A stretch of 64,000 nucleotides of DNA from an uncultured Bacteroidales bacterium (GCA_905234665.1 CAJOIV010000008.1:1799-65798), one strand, 5' to 3'. Shown: positions 19,805-28,429, numbered from the stretch's first letter. A program made the numbers and translations. Notes: generated by a model from the sequence alone, not told the origin.

Positions 19805-20551
19805 ATGAATAGAAAAACTATTGTATTTGTCCTTGCCATGCTCCTCGTGGGGCCAGTCGTGGCACAGGATGTCATCACCCTGAGAAGCGGTGACGAAATT
19901 AACGGAAAGGTCACCAAGGTGACTCCCACGGAAATAGAGTACAGACTCGCTTCCAATCCTGACGGACCCATCTACACCAAACCCGTTTCCGAGATTTTCA
20001 TGGTAAAGTATGAGAACGGCCAAAAGGATGTCTTTGGCGATACTCCCGCCCCAGCCGCACAGCAACAGCAGGTGACCGTTGCCATTCCCGTCGGAGTGAC
20101 CCTGGAGCGCAGCCGTGGTGAGATTGTCGATGCCGCCACCGATAGGACTTTCTCCGATTTTGAGCTGCAGCAGATGCTCGGCAAGGATGCCTGGAACGAC
20201 TATGAGAAGGCTCGCGACAGTTACAAGTCGACGAGCAACGGATTGGTCTGGGCCTACCTGTTTTTCTTCCTCGGGCCTCCGTTGTACTATGGTGGTGTAT
20301 ATCTTGAGAACGGCACCAACAACGGCCTTGCCATGCGTATTATAGGTATCGTATGGACTATCGGCGGCAATATCATGATACCTGCCAACTATATCACCCG
20401 CGGCGTGGCGGCAGGCAAAATCAGCCGTATTGCTGAAGGGTACAACGCCCAGCACAGCAGTCTTGGAATGAATCTGTCGGGAGGATTCACTCTGATGCCT
20501 ACGGCACAGGGTTCCGTAGCCCCCGGTGTCGGTCTCTCGCTACACTTCTAA
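19805..20551 (+). CDS. Hypothetical secreted/membrane protein
   Basis: Signal peptide MNRKTIVFVLAMLLVGPVVAQ, then hydrophobic segments in the C-terminal half. No family recognised. Confidence 0.55.
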   Translation: MNRKTIVFVLAMLLVGPVVAQDVITLRSGDEINGKVTKVTPTEIEYRLASNPDGPIYTKPVSEIFMVKYENGQKDVFGDTPAPAAQQQQVTVAIPVGVTLERSRGEIVDAATDRTFSDFELQQMLGKDAWNDYEKARDSYKSTSNGLVWAYLFFFLGPPLYYGGVYLENGTNNGLAMRIIGIVWTIGGNIMIPANYITRGVAAGKISRIAEGYNAQHSSLGMNLSGGFTLMPTAQGSVAPGVGLSLHF

Positions 20552-20579
20552 TTACATAATGCCGCAGTCGTAGGGGACG

Positions 20580-21413
20580 ATGATACGCGACGAGGAAACG
20601 GGATACGGATATTTCGGTGCACGCTATATGGACCACGAGCTGATGACAATGTGGCTCTCCGTCGACCCGATGGCAGACAAGTACCCAAGTATAAGTCCGT
20701 ATGCCTATTGCGCCTGGAATCCAGTGAAGCTGGTGGATCCGGATGGGAGAGACTGGTATGAACCTGAAGGAGGTGGTGAAGCTATATGGAGAAAGGGTAA
20801 CTCTAAAGAAATAACACAGGATGGTGTTAAATATCAAAATGTTGGACGATACTACACAAAAGTTAATGGAAAGATATTGACACATTATGACCAGAACAAC
20901 ATACTTGGCACAACAGACTTAAATAGTGATATCGGAAAGAAATTTAGCATGTTGGCAGCTGAAGGTGGGTGGGTAAAAGATAAGAACGGGAAAACAGTAC
21001 GTGAGTCTCAGTATGGTTTATACATTATTGGTGCTTCTATGGAAAACCGGTTGAAGAATCCTAAATTCTTTAAGAATAATGGCACTTACGAAAGTTTATT
21101 TACTTCAAAACAATACAATGGGGCAAATAATAGCACGTATAAAAATTTGCCATCAAAAATAAGTCAATGGAAGCAGTGGTATGGAACCAAGGATGTCATG
21201 AACTATCTCAATGCTGTATACAATGCTGCACATGGTAATTGTGTTGACATATTAAGCAAACAATATGGTTTCTCTGATGCCTACAAAATCTTAGGATATG
21301 CCCACAGCGAAGCCAATCTGTTTGGAAAGAAATCAATCAACCTGAATTTTGATAAGGGGAACACTCTTATCAAGACTGTTCAATCAAGTTTGTATGTTTT
21401 TCCAAATAATTAA
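20580..21413 (+). CDS. Orphan Rhs C-terminal cassette 1: end of the Rhs core plus a variable toxin domain (possibly SleB-like cell-wall hydrolase)
   Basis: Starts MIRDEETGYGYFGARYMDHELMTMWLSVDPMADKYPSISPYAYCAWNPVKLVDPDGR, the Rhs-associated core end with its DPxG demarcation, followed by unrelated sequence. There is an in-frame TAG two codons upstream of the ATG, so no Rhs shell is attached. Confidence 0.75.
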   Translation: MIRDEETGYGYFGARYMDHELMTMWLSVDPMADKYPSISPYAYCAWNPVKLVDPDGRDWYEPEGGGEAIWRKGNSKEITQDGVKYQNVGRYYTKVNGKILTHYDQNNILGTTDLNSDIGKKFSMLAAEGGWVKDKNGKTVRESQYGLYIIGASMENRLKNPKFFKNNGTYESLFTSKQYNGANNSTYKNLPSKISQWKQWYGTKDVMNYLNAVYNAAHGNCVDILSKQYGFSDAYKILGYAHSEANLFGKKSINLNFDKGNTLIKTVQSSLYVFPNN

Positions 21414-21418
21414 ATGAT

Positions 21419-22147
21419 ATGAAAAAAATATTGTTTATAACTTCTATCTTTCACTCAATCATTGTTTTATTGAGTTGCACCTCAAGTCCTACCCTCACTT
21501 GTAGATATGCAAAATATGTATCAAATGAAGAACTCTCGAAGTATGAATTTATCAAACAATTCAATAAAGATATTTATGCATTAACGTTCAAAGAAGACAC
21601 CTTGCCATATCTCATAAGCACTGATAGTTTGTTTAAGATTGACTTGGGAGGTGATTCATTTTGTTTGTACTACAACAACAGTCTGCAAAAGAATACCGGG
21701 TGTGTTTTATGGGGCGAATTCCAAGGAGACAAGATGCACATCCTAACATTCAATCATATTTCTTCCATTGACGCTTTTGTCGCCCACGATTATAATATCC
21801 TTAGAGTGGAAGAGGAAAATATTTCTTTTGGCGCACCACGGACAGTCAAAACAAATTATCTGTTGTTCTCTAAAAGCAATGACACTGTTAAAGCCTTGAC
21901 TCTATTAGCAAATACATACACATTGTTAGACACGTCAAAAATTGTACTAGAGGACGAGTTTCGCTTTCCCCAAATAATCGTTCATGGCGTAATTGATACT
22001 TTATCAGTAGAATTTGCAATTACTATTACTGGGGATTTCACAATTCCCAGTAATGATTGTCCCAAAATTTGGAATTTGCGACCCATTGTAGAAAAAAAAT
22101 ATTTGATTCCAAAAGTATATAATTACGAAATTAAACAAAGAGAATAG
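21419..22147 (+). CDS. Candidate immunity protein for cassette 1 (lipoprotein)
   Basis: Lies 5 nt downstream of the toxin ORF and is AT-rich. Lipobox-like leader MKKILFITSIFHSIIVLLSC. Assigned by position only. Confidence 0.5.
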   Translation: MKKILFITSIFHSIIVLLSCTSSPTLTCRYAKYVSNEELSKYEFIKQFNKDIYALTFKEDTLPYLISTDSLFKIDLGGDSFCLYYNNSLQKNTGCVLWGEFQGDKMHILTFNHISSIDAFVAHDYNILRVEEENISFGAPRTVKTNYLLFSKSNDTVKALTLLANTYTLLDTSKIVLEDEFRFPQIIVHGVIDTLSVEFAITITGDFTIPSNDCPKIWNLRPIVEKKYLIPKVYNYEIKQRE

Positions 22148-22212
22148 TATACTACTTCAGATTATTAGGAGGAATTAATGATTAGCATATGTTATAGGGT
22201 AAAGTAATCTGA

Positions 22213-23085
22213 TTGATGAGCCAACAAGGACATAAAACAGAGGGGGTGAAACGCATTCAAACCATGTGGTTTTATTCCTTTATTTTCACCGGCAAAGAAC
22301 GCGACGAGGAGACGGGGTATGGGTATTTCGGAGCGAGGTACATGGACCACGAGCTGATGACCATGTGGCTGTCGGTTGATCCGATGGCGGATAAATATCT
22401 GGGGGTTAGTCCGTATGCCTATTGTGCGTGGAACCCAGTGAAGCTGGTGGATCCGGATGGGAGGGAGATATGGAAACCTGAAATGTATCGCAATGGTGAC
22501 ATTTATTACAGACAAGAGCATGGCGATAACATATCAACACTCCAAAAACAATATGGGCTGTCCGAGGATCAAGCAAAGAAATTATATGGAGCAAAGAAAA
22601 ATGGGAGAATCTCAGGTGAAAGTGTTAATAGAACCATCGGAAGCCCTATCTTAAAGGTTGATTGGAACCATGCTAATGATGAACAAAAAATCTATCAGGC
22701 CTTTTTTGCAATTCTACATGGAATATCGATAAGACGTGGTGCAAAAGCAGATATGAATAATTTTTTTTCAAACCTACCGCATATAAATGGTTACAAACGC
22801 ACAACAAGAGGATGGATGGGCATTTCGGATAATGTCATAGATATACGGGGAAACTTTCTTATACCATTAATGGATGGGAATGAGGTGGTTGCGAAATATG
22901 CTTCATTGACAATATCTCAAGAGTCATCTGTAGTCGCCAATCCACAACCACCTAGTCAAATTGAAGTTCTTAATTCTAAGTCCGATTGGAAACAAGTATT
23001 TTGCACGGGTTCAGGCAACTATCCTAAGATAACAATAATACTAAGCGATGATAATATTGAGGATTATCTCAATAGCTACTATTAA
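22213..23085 (+). CDS. Orphan Rhs C-terminal cassette 2 with a different variable toxin domain
   Basis: ...FIFTGKERDEETGYGYFGARYMDHELMTMWLSVDPMADKYLGVSPYAYCAWNPVKLVDPDGRE, then novel sequence. No YD repeats upstream. Confidence 0.75.
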   Translation: MMSQQGHKTEGVKRIQTMWFYSFIFTGKERDEETGYGYFGARYMDHELMTMWLSVDPMADKYLGVSPYAYCAWNPVKLVDPDGREIWKPEMYRNGDIYYRQEHGDNISTLQKQYGLSEDQAKKLYGAKKNGRISGESVNRTIGSPILKVDWNHANDEQKIYQAFFAILHGISIRRGAKADMNNFFSNLPHINGYKRTTRGWMGISDNVIDIRGNFLIPLMDGNEVVAKYASLTISQESSVVANPQPPSQIEVLNSKSDWKQVFCTGSGNYPKITIILSDDNIEDYLNSYY

Positions 23086-23150
23086 TCAGCGTATTATTCT
23101 CTAATGATACTTTGTTAACATTGCATACAAACATTAACAGATAGCCCCAT

Positions 23151-23756
23151 ATGAAAAGATCATTTCGTTCTGTTGTAATAACAATTGTTATTCTGATAAT
23201 GATTACATCATGCAAAATGCAAGAAAATATACCCTCAACAATATCTATACGGGAATTCTCATCTATTGATTACCCTATCATTTGTAGCCTTGATTCATTA
23301 GTGAGTTTACTTGGAATGCCTGATTCTTCATTTACTTATCAAAACAAAAAAATTATATTCGATTCTTTGGGGAGAGTTCTCGGTTGTTACCCATTCACCG
23401 TGTATCGTTACCCAGATAGCTATAGGTCATATACGGTATGTAATGACTCTGCCGAATTATTTTATATCAACCTCAGGCATAATGATAACAGTATTCGTTT
23501 TAGGAATGCTCTTTTGGATGGGAATACAACAATGCGGCAGATAAACAAGCTATTGAATGTATGCGATGACGACTATGGCCGTATAGAGGATAAGGAAACA
23601 TTGTTGGGTTATAGTGATTATGGCTATTTATTAATGTATTTTGGGGAAGAATATCCCCTCTTAGGTAGTGTTTCATTCTTTTTTGACAATGAGAGGAAGT
23701 TGATTTATATTGAGCTTTCTTGCCCTCCTGGTAGTATCGTTTATCATTTCCAATAG
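23151..23756 (+). CDS. Candidate immunity protein for cassette 2 (lipoprotein)
   Basis: Directly downstream of the toxin ORF. Leader MKRSFRSVVITIVILIMITSC. Assigned by position only. Confidence 0.5.
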   Translation: MKRSFRSVVITIVILIMITSCKMQENIPSTISIREFSSIDYPIICSLDSLVSLLGMPDSSFTYQNKKIIFDSLGRVLGCYPFTVYRYPDSYRSYTVCNDSAELFYINLRHNDNSIRFRNALLDGNTTMRQINKLLNVCDDDYGRIEDKETLLGYSDYGYLLMYFGEEYPLLGSVSFFFDNERKLIYIELSCPPGSIVYHFQ

Positions 23757-24243
23757 AAACGTTCATATTTTCATGTTCAACAAGGTGATATACACCATTT
23801 ATAACAAAACCCATAGTGAAGTCGATTATTCACCATTTTCTCGATTGTTTTCCCTCTTCCCCTTCACCGGGAAAGGCCCCCGCAAGGGGTGGCGAACACC
23901 GCTGAATAGAATCAAATATAGTGAGCAACGCGACGAGGAAACGGGGTATGGGTATTTCGGAGCGAGGTACATGGACTACGAACTGATGCCGATGTGGCTG
24001 AGTGTCGACCCGATGGCGGACAAATACCCCAATGTTAGTCCATACAATTACTGCATGTGGAATCCGGTTATGCTGTTGGACCCAAACGGAGATAGTGTTG
24101 CTGTATTATTAGCAAGAGGAGGCACCTATGGTGTAGGACATATGGCAATACTCATACAGAATTCAGATAATAAATGGGAATTATGGTCTGAAAATGGTGG
24201 TGAGATGCCTTTACTTGGTAAGATATCTGGCCGTCCCATGTAA
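23710..24243 (+). pseudogene. Orphan Rhs cassette 3, truncated
   Basis: Rhs homology begins near 23858: PFTGK, then an 18-aa insert, then RDEETGYGYFGARYMDYELMPMWLSVDPMADKYPNVSPYNYCMWNPVMLLDPNGD. Only about 50 aa of variable region follow before a stop at the AT-rich/GC-rich boundary. There is no immunity ORF. The first about 50 codons of the track ORF overlap the previous gene and are probably not coding. Confidence 0.6.
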
Positions 24244-24277
24244 TAAATTATATAACACAACAATAAGATAACTGAAT

Positions 24278-25159
24278 ATGGCAACCATCACCAACGACGT
24301 CGCATTATTGAAGGCGAGGCTCAAGGGCCTCGGGGTCACCGTCTACACACGCAACGGCGTGACGGTGGTCCGCACCGCGACACGCCGCACCCCCCAAAAG
24401 CAGTCACTCAAACAGTTCAAGCATCGCCAGCGGGTGCGCCACGCCATCGCCCTCTGGAACGCCTTTCCCCTCTGGGCCAAACCCCACATGTTCAGTCCCG
24501 ACAGGAAGATTGCCTACAATGTCTTCGTGCGTTGCAACACCCCGCTGGACCATGTCTACCTCACCCGCCGGCAGTCCATGCACGGATGCGCCCTGCTCCT
24601 CCCGGGCATGCGTGTCTCCGAGGGGTCTGTCCCTCCGGTGGAATACCATTTCGAGCAGCTGGAGGACGGCCGCCGCATCCTCCTCACCAACCTGCGCACC
24701 GGCATCGACGAGTCGGTGACGCGCCCCCTCGTGGCCCGGACCGGCCGCGAGTGGTACGACCTCTTGGTCAAGGGGCGGCGCAATCCCGACCTCAAGCCCG
24801 GCACCGTGCTCTCTGTCTATGCCATCACCCAGCAGAAAGACCTCGACGGCCCCCGCCTGAGTGTGACCCGCCACGAGGTGCCGTTGTTGCGCGAGGACCA
24901 TCCGGCCAAAGGCTTCGACGGCCTGACGTTCTACACCCACAAGGGCTTCCTCGCCCTCTACGGTGTGGACGACGAAGACGGTGGCTGGGCGGTCTCCCTC
25001 TACCGGCAGGACAAGGGCGACGCCTCGCCGCAGACGGTGGCCACCACCTGCACCCTCTATCGCCGCTATACCACCGACAGGGCCCTGCGGGCCGCCGTCA
25101 AGAGCTTCGGCAAGATAGAGGATTCCGCCCCCAACACCTCACCCGACCCCTCCCTGTGA
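24278..25159 (+). CDS. Hypothetical protein (GC-rich, basic N-terminus)
   Basis: 293-aa ORF with a normal amino-acid mix. The overlapping alternative frames are Pro/Arg/Gly junk. No family confidently recognised. Confidence 0.55.
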   Translation: MATITNDVALLKARLKGLGVTVYTRNGVTVVRTATRRTPQKQSLKQFKHRQRVRHAIALWNAFPLWAKPHMFSPDRKIAYNVFVRCNTPLDHVYLTRRQSMHGCALLLPGMRVSEGSVPPVEYHFEQLEDGRRILLTNLRTGIDESVTRPLVARTGREWYDLLVKGRRNPDLKPGTVLSVYAITQQKDLDGPRLSVTRHEVPLLREDHPAKGFDGLTFYTHKGFLALYGVDDEDGGWAVSLYRQDKGDASPQTVATTCTLYRRYTTDRALRAAVKSFGKIEDSAPNTSPDPSL

Positions 25160-25195
25160 CTTCCCCCGCGGCAGCCCCCTCCCGCCGTAGCCTCT

Positions 25196-25384
25196 CATCC
25201 GTATCAAAAACGGATGAAACCCGCATCAAATTCGCTTCAATTACGCCTCAAACCCAGTTCATTTACGCCATTTATATTATTGTTGTCTTATTGTCCATAA
25301 TATAAATGGCGGGTTTGATGCTTCTCAAAAGCGTTTCAAGTCCCTTTCAAATCCGCGTCAAATGTTTCTTAACATCGGGTGAAA
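25196..25384. repeat. 11-bp phased T(C/G)AAA..CG repeat array flanking a 15-bp inverted repeat
   Basis: T[CG]A motifs at 25204, 25215, 25226, 25237, 25248, 25259, then 25325, 25336, 25347, 25358 and 25380, all in one 11-nt phase. Inverted repeat 25266-25280 / 25297-25311 in the centre. Small hairpin at 25196-25216. Confidence 0.7.
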
Positions 25385-25391
25385 GGCAACG

Positions 25392-25601
25392 TTGCAGACG
25401 GCCTCGGGACAGGCGGTGCTGTACTCCTCGTTTCCCATCCGGCAGGTGACGGTGTATGACCCCGCGGGCCGCCGTGTCCTGCACCGGCGCGTGGACGACA
25501 GGACCTTCCGCCTCGACCTCTCGGGATATGCCAAAGGCACCTACCTTGTCGTTGTCCGCACCCCGGCAGGCCGCACCGTGAAACGCCTCGTGGTGCAGTA
25601 G
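25392..25601 (+). pseudogene. Orphan T9SS type-A C-terminal sorting domain (remnant of a cargo gene)
   Basis: VLYSSFPIRQVTVYDPAGRRVLHRRVDDRTFRLDLSGYAKGTYLVVVRTPAGRTVKRLVVQ resembles the CTDs of the 1734-aa and 814-aa proteins. There is an in-frame stop at 25380 and only a TTG start, so there is no cargo part. Confidence 0.6.
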
Positions 25602-25610
25602 GGAAGATTG

Positions 25611-26663
25611 TCAGAGTTTGAGGAGGGCGGTGCGGAGTTCGGGCTCGGCGACGGGGAGGTCGACGACCGGGGCTCCGGGGGCCTGGAGGAGGACGCAGCG
25701 GATGTCGCCGCCGGCGTTTTTCTTGTCCTGCCGCATGTAGCCGAGGAGGGCCTCGGTGTCGCGCAGGGTGTAGCGCGGAATGTCGACCAACCGGCTGACA
25801 GCCTGGCGGCAGCGAGTCAGTTCCGATGCGTCGAGGCCGAGTTTCTGCACCGAGAGGTAGAGGGCTGCCACCAGGCCGATGCCCACAGCCTTGCCGTGGG
25901 AGAGGGGGCGTTGCCCTTGGGTATGGCTGAAGGCCTCGATGGCATGGCCAAAGGTATGGCCGAGGTTGAGGATGCGGCGCACGCCCTGGTCGTAGGGGTC
26001 GGCCTTGACGATGGCGTTCTTGATGTCGACGCACGAGGCTATCATGCTGTCGGGCAGGTCGACGTTGCCGTCGATGAGCATGTTGCAGAGGGACGTATAC
26101 TGGTCCGGGTCGCCGATGAGGAGGGTCTTGAGCATCTCGCACAGGCCGCTTTTCATCTCGTCGGCGGGGAGGGTGTCGAGGAACGCGGGTTCGATGCACA
26201 CCGCCTCGGGCTGGTGGAAGAAGCCCACCTGGTTCTTGCTGCCCGCGAGGTTGACGGCTGTCTTGCCGCCGATGGCGGCGTCGACCATGCCCACGAGGGT
26301 GGTGGGGATGTTGATGTGGCGGATGCCGCGTTTGTAGCCTGCCGCCACGAAGCCGCCGAGGTCGCTGACACAGCCGCCGCCGAGGTTGACGAGCACCGTG
26401 TCGCGGTCGGCGTCCCCTTCGAGGAGCGACTCCCAGAGCTGCTGTGCGATGGCCAGGTCCTTGCACTCCTCGCCTACGGGGACTTCGAGGAGTTCGGCCT
26501 CCTGCAGCCGCGCCACCGTCGACACCAGCGGCACGAGGCAGTGGGCGTAGGTGTTCTCATCCACGAGGATGACGAACTGGGCCCCGGCGTAGGCTTTGCT
26601 TCCGAGGGTGCGGTTCAGTCGGGCGAGTGCCGACAGGCGGGGGGAGGGGAGGAGGGTTTTCAT
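25611..26663 (-). CDS. aroB: 3-dehydroquinate synthase
   Basis: LGGGCVSDLGGFVAAGYKRGIRHINIPTTLVGMVDAAIGGKTAVN, NLGHTFGHAIE, HGKAVGIG. Start moved to the ATG at 26663 (MKTLLPS...); the longer track ORF overlaps the upstream gene. Confidence 0.9.
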   Translation of the reverse strand: MKTLLPSPRLSALARLNRTLGSKAYAGAQFVILVDENTYAHCLVPLVSTVARLQEAELLEVPVGEECKDLAIAQQLWESLLEGDADRDTVLVNLGGGCVSDLGGFVAAGYKRGIRHINIPTTLVGMVDAAIGGKTAVNLAGSKNQVGFFHQPEAVCIEPAFLDTLPADEMKSGLCEMLKTLLIGDPDQYTSLCNMLIDGNVDLPDSMIASCVDIKNAIVKADPYDQGVRRILNLGHTFGHAIEAFSHTQGQRPLSHGKAVGIGLVAALYLSVQKLGLDASELTRCRQAVSRLVDIPRYTLRDTEALLGYMRQDKKNAGGDIRCVLLQAPGAPVVDLPVAEPELRTALLKL

Positions 26664-26679
26664 CGCTGAGGGGTGTTGG

Positions 26680-27936
26680 CTATTGCTGCACAAGGAGTTG
26701 AGTGGTGAGGCGGGAACGCTGCTGGAGCAGGACGGGGCGGCCCGCGACGATGCGGTCGATAATCTCTTGGGTGTAGTAACGGATGGTGATGAGCTGGAGG
26801 CCACGGTTGTAGCGCAGTTGGAACTGGGGGGAGATGCGCTGTCGCAGGAGGTCGAGAAGCACGGCGTTGTCGTCGATGCAGAGAGAGAAGCTCAGGGCCG
26901 AGTTCTGCATCATGTTGGCCTTGATGTTCAGCTCGGCGAGGACGGCGAAGATGGCCTGCATGTTGTCCTCGGCGATGAAGCTGAAGTCCTTGGGCTGGAT
27001 GGAGATGAGCACCTGGTTGTTCTTGAAGATGTAGAGGGGCGTGAGCGGCCGTATGCCGCGGAAGGGGCCGATGGCCGAGCCCTCGGCCTGCGGGTCGAGG
27101 AAGGAGCGGATGAAGAGGGGGATGCCCTTGTTCTGGATGGGCTTGACGGTCTTGGGGTGGATGACGCTGGCGCCGTAGTAGGCCAGCTCGATGGCCTCGT
27201 TGTAGGGTATCTGCTCAATCTTCACCGTGTTGGGGAAGAATTTGGGGTCGGCGTTGAGGAATCCCGGCACGTCCTTCCAGATGGTCATGCTCTCGGCCCC
27301 GAGGCAGTAGGAGAGGATGGAGGCGGAGTAGTCGCTGCCCTCGCGCCCGAGGGTGGTGGTGTGGCCGTCGCCGGTGCCGGCGATGAAGCCCTGCGTGACC
27401 ACCAAGGGGCACTCCTTCAGCGCCTCCGCGACCTGTGTGGCGCGTTCCTGCGTGGCGGCGAAGTCGACGATGCCCTCGCGGTAGTGGCGGTCGGTGCGGA
27501 GCACCTTGCGCACGTCCATCCACCGGTTCGTGAGCCCGATGGAGTTGAGATAGTGGCTGACGATGGTGGTGGAGACCAGCTCGCCGAAGGAGACCGTCTG
27601 GTCGTAGTCGTAGTTGTAGTCGGTCGGCGCGGTGGAGACCTGCCGCTCCAACTGGGTGAAGAGTTGGCCGACAGCCGTGTAGACAGGGTGCTGCGGGTCG
27701 GGGAAGAGCTCGCGGACCATCTGCCAATGGTAGTCCTTCACCTCCTCCAGCAGGAGGGGATGCTCGGCCGCGGGGCGCACGCCGGGCACCAGCTGCTCGA
27801 GTTTGTTGGTGGTCTTGCCCATGGCCGAGACCACAATCACCAGAGGGCCGTCGGCGTGGCTGCCGACGATATCCGCCATGTTGCGCACCGCCTGGGTGCT
27901 GTTGACGGACGCGCCGCCGAACTTGAATACTTTCAT
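26680..27936 (-). CDS. lysC: Aspartate kinase
   Basis: MKVFKFGGASVNS...VVSAMGKTTNKL...GREGSDYSASIL, with ACT-like C-terminal part. Confidence 0.9.
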   Translation of the reverse strand: MKVFKFGGASVNSTQAVRNMADIVGSHADGPLVIVVSAMGKTTNKLEQLVPGVRPAAEHPLLLEEVKDYHWQMVRELFPDPQHPVYTAVGQLFTQLERQVSTAPTDYNYDYDQTVSFGELVSTTIVSHYLNSIGLTNRWMDVRKVLRTDRHYREGIVDFAATQERATQVAEALKECPLVVTQGFIAGTGDGHTTTLGREGSDYSASILSYCLGAESMTIWKDVPGFLNADPKFFPNTVKIEQIPYNEAIELAYYGASVIHPKTVKPIQNKGIPLFIRSFLDPQAEGSAIGPFRGIRPLTPLYIFKNNQVLISIQPKDFSFIAEDNMQAIFAVLAELNIKANMMQNSALSFSLCIDDNAVLLDLLRQRISPQFQLRYNRGLQLITIRYYTQEIIDRIVAGRPVLLQQRSRLTTQLLVQQ

Positions 27937-27953
27937 CTTCTGTCTTCTATATC

Positions 27954-27976
27954 CAATAACCTATAATCAATAACCT
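27954..27976. repeat. CAATAACCT x2 (14-nt spacing), a member of the GGTTAT/ATAACC junction-repeat family
   Basis: Read directly. Fills the gap between the lysC start and the smpB stop. Confidence 0.7.
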
Positions 27977-28429
27977 CTACCGCAGCACGCGCTGGAGGTC
28001 GCGCTTGGAGTCTTTCTCCTTGATACTCTCGCGTTTGTCGTAGAATTTCTTGCCGCGAGCCAGCGAGATGAGCAGTTTGGCGCGCCCCTGAGGGTTGACG
28101 AAGAGTTTCACGGGGATGATGGTGAATCCGCGTTCCTTGATTTTGTGTTGCAGCTTGATGAGTTCGCGCTTGTTGAGGAGCAGTTTGCGGTCGCGCTTGG
28201 CGGCGTGGCCCCAGTAGGAGCCGAAGCGGTACTCCGAGATATGCATCTGGCGGACAAAGAGCTCGTTGCCGATGAAGGTGCAGTAGGCGTCGGTGAGGTT
28301 GGCCTTGCCGTCGCGGATCGACTTTATCTCCGAGCCCATCAGCACCAGCCCCGCGGTGTAGTCGTCCAGCAGGAAGTACTCGTATTCCGCCCGCTTGTTC
28401 TTGATTTCTATGATGTTCTTTTCTTCCAT
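27977..28429 (-). CDS. smpB: SsrA-binding protein
   Basis: NKRAEYEYFLLDDYTAGLVLMGSEIKSIRDGKANLTDAYC...GFTIIPVKLFVNPQGRAKLLISLARGKKFYDKRE. Confidence 0.95.
   Translation of the reverse strand: MEEKNIIEIKNKRAEYEYFLLDDYTAGLVLMGSEIKSIRDGKANLTDAYCTFIGNELFVRQMHISEYRFGSYWGHAAKRDRKLLLNKRELIKLQHKIKERGFTIIPVKLFVNPQGRAKLLISLARGKKFYDKRESIKEKDSKRDLQRVLR

Noticed and set aside
24404-25305. Alternative ORFs 24532..25305(+), 24404..24940(-) and 24556..24804(-) overlapping the 293-aa ORF
   Set aside because: Their composition is Pro/Arg/Gly-dominated, typical of off-frame GC-rich sequence. The 24278 frame has a balanced composition, an ATG start and a clean stop.
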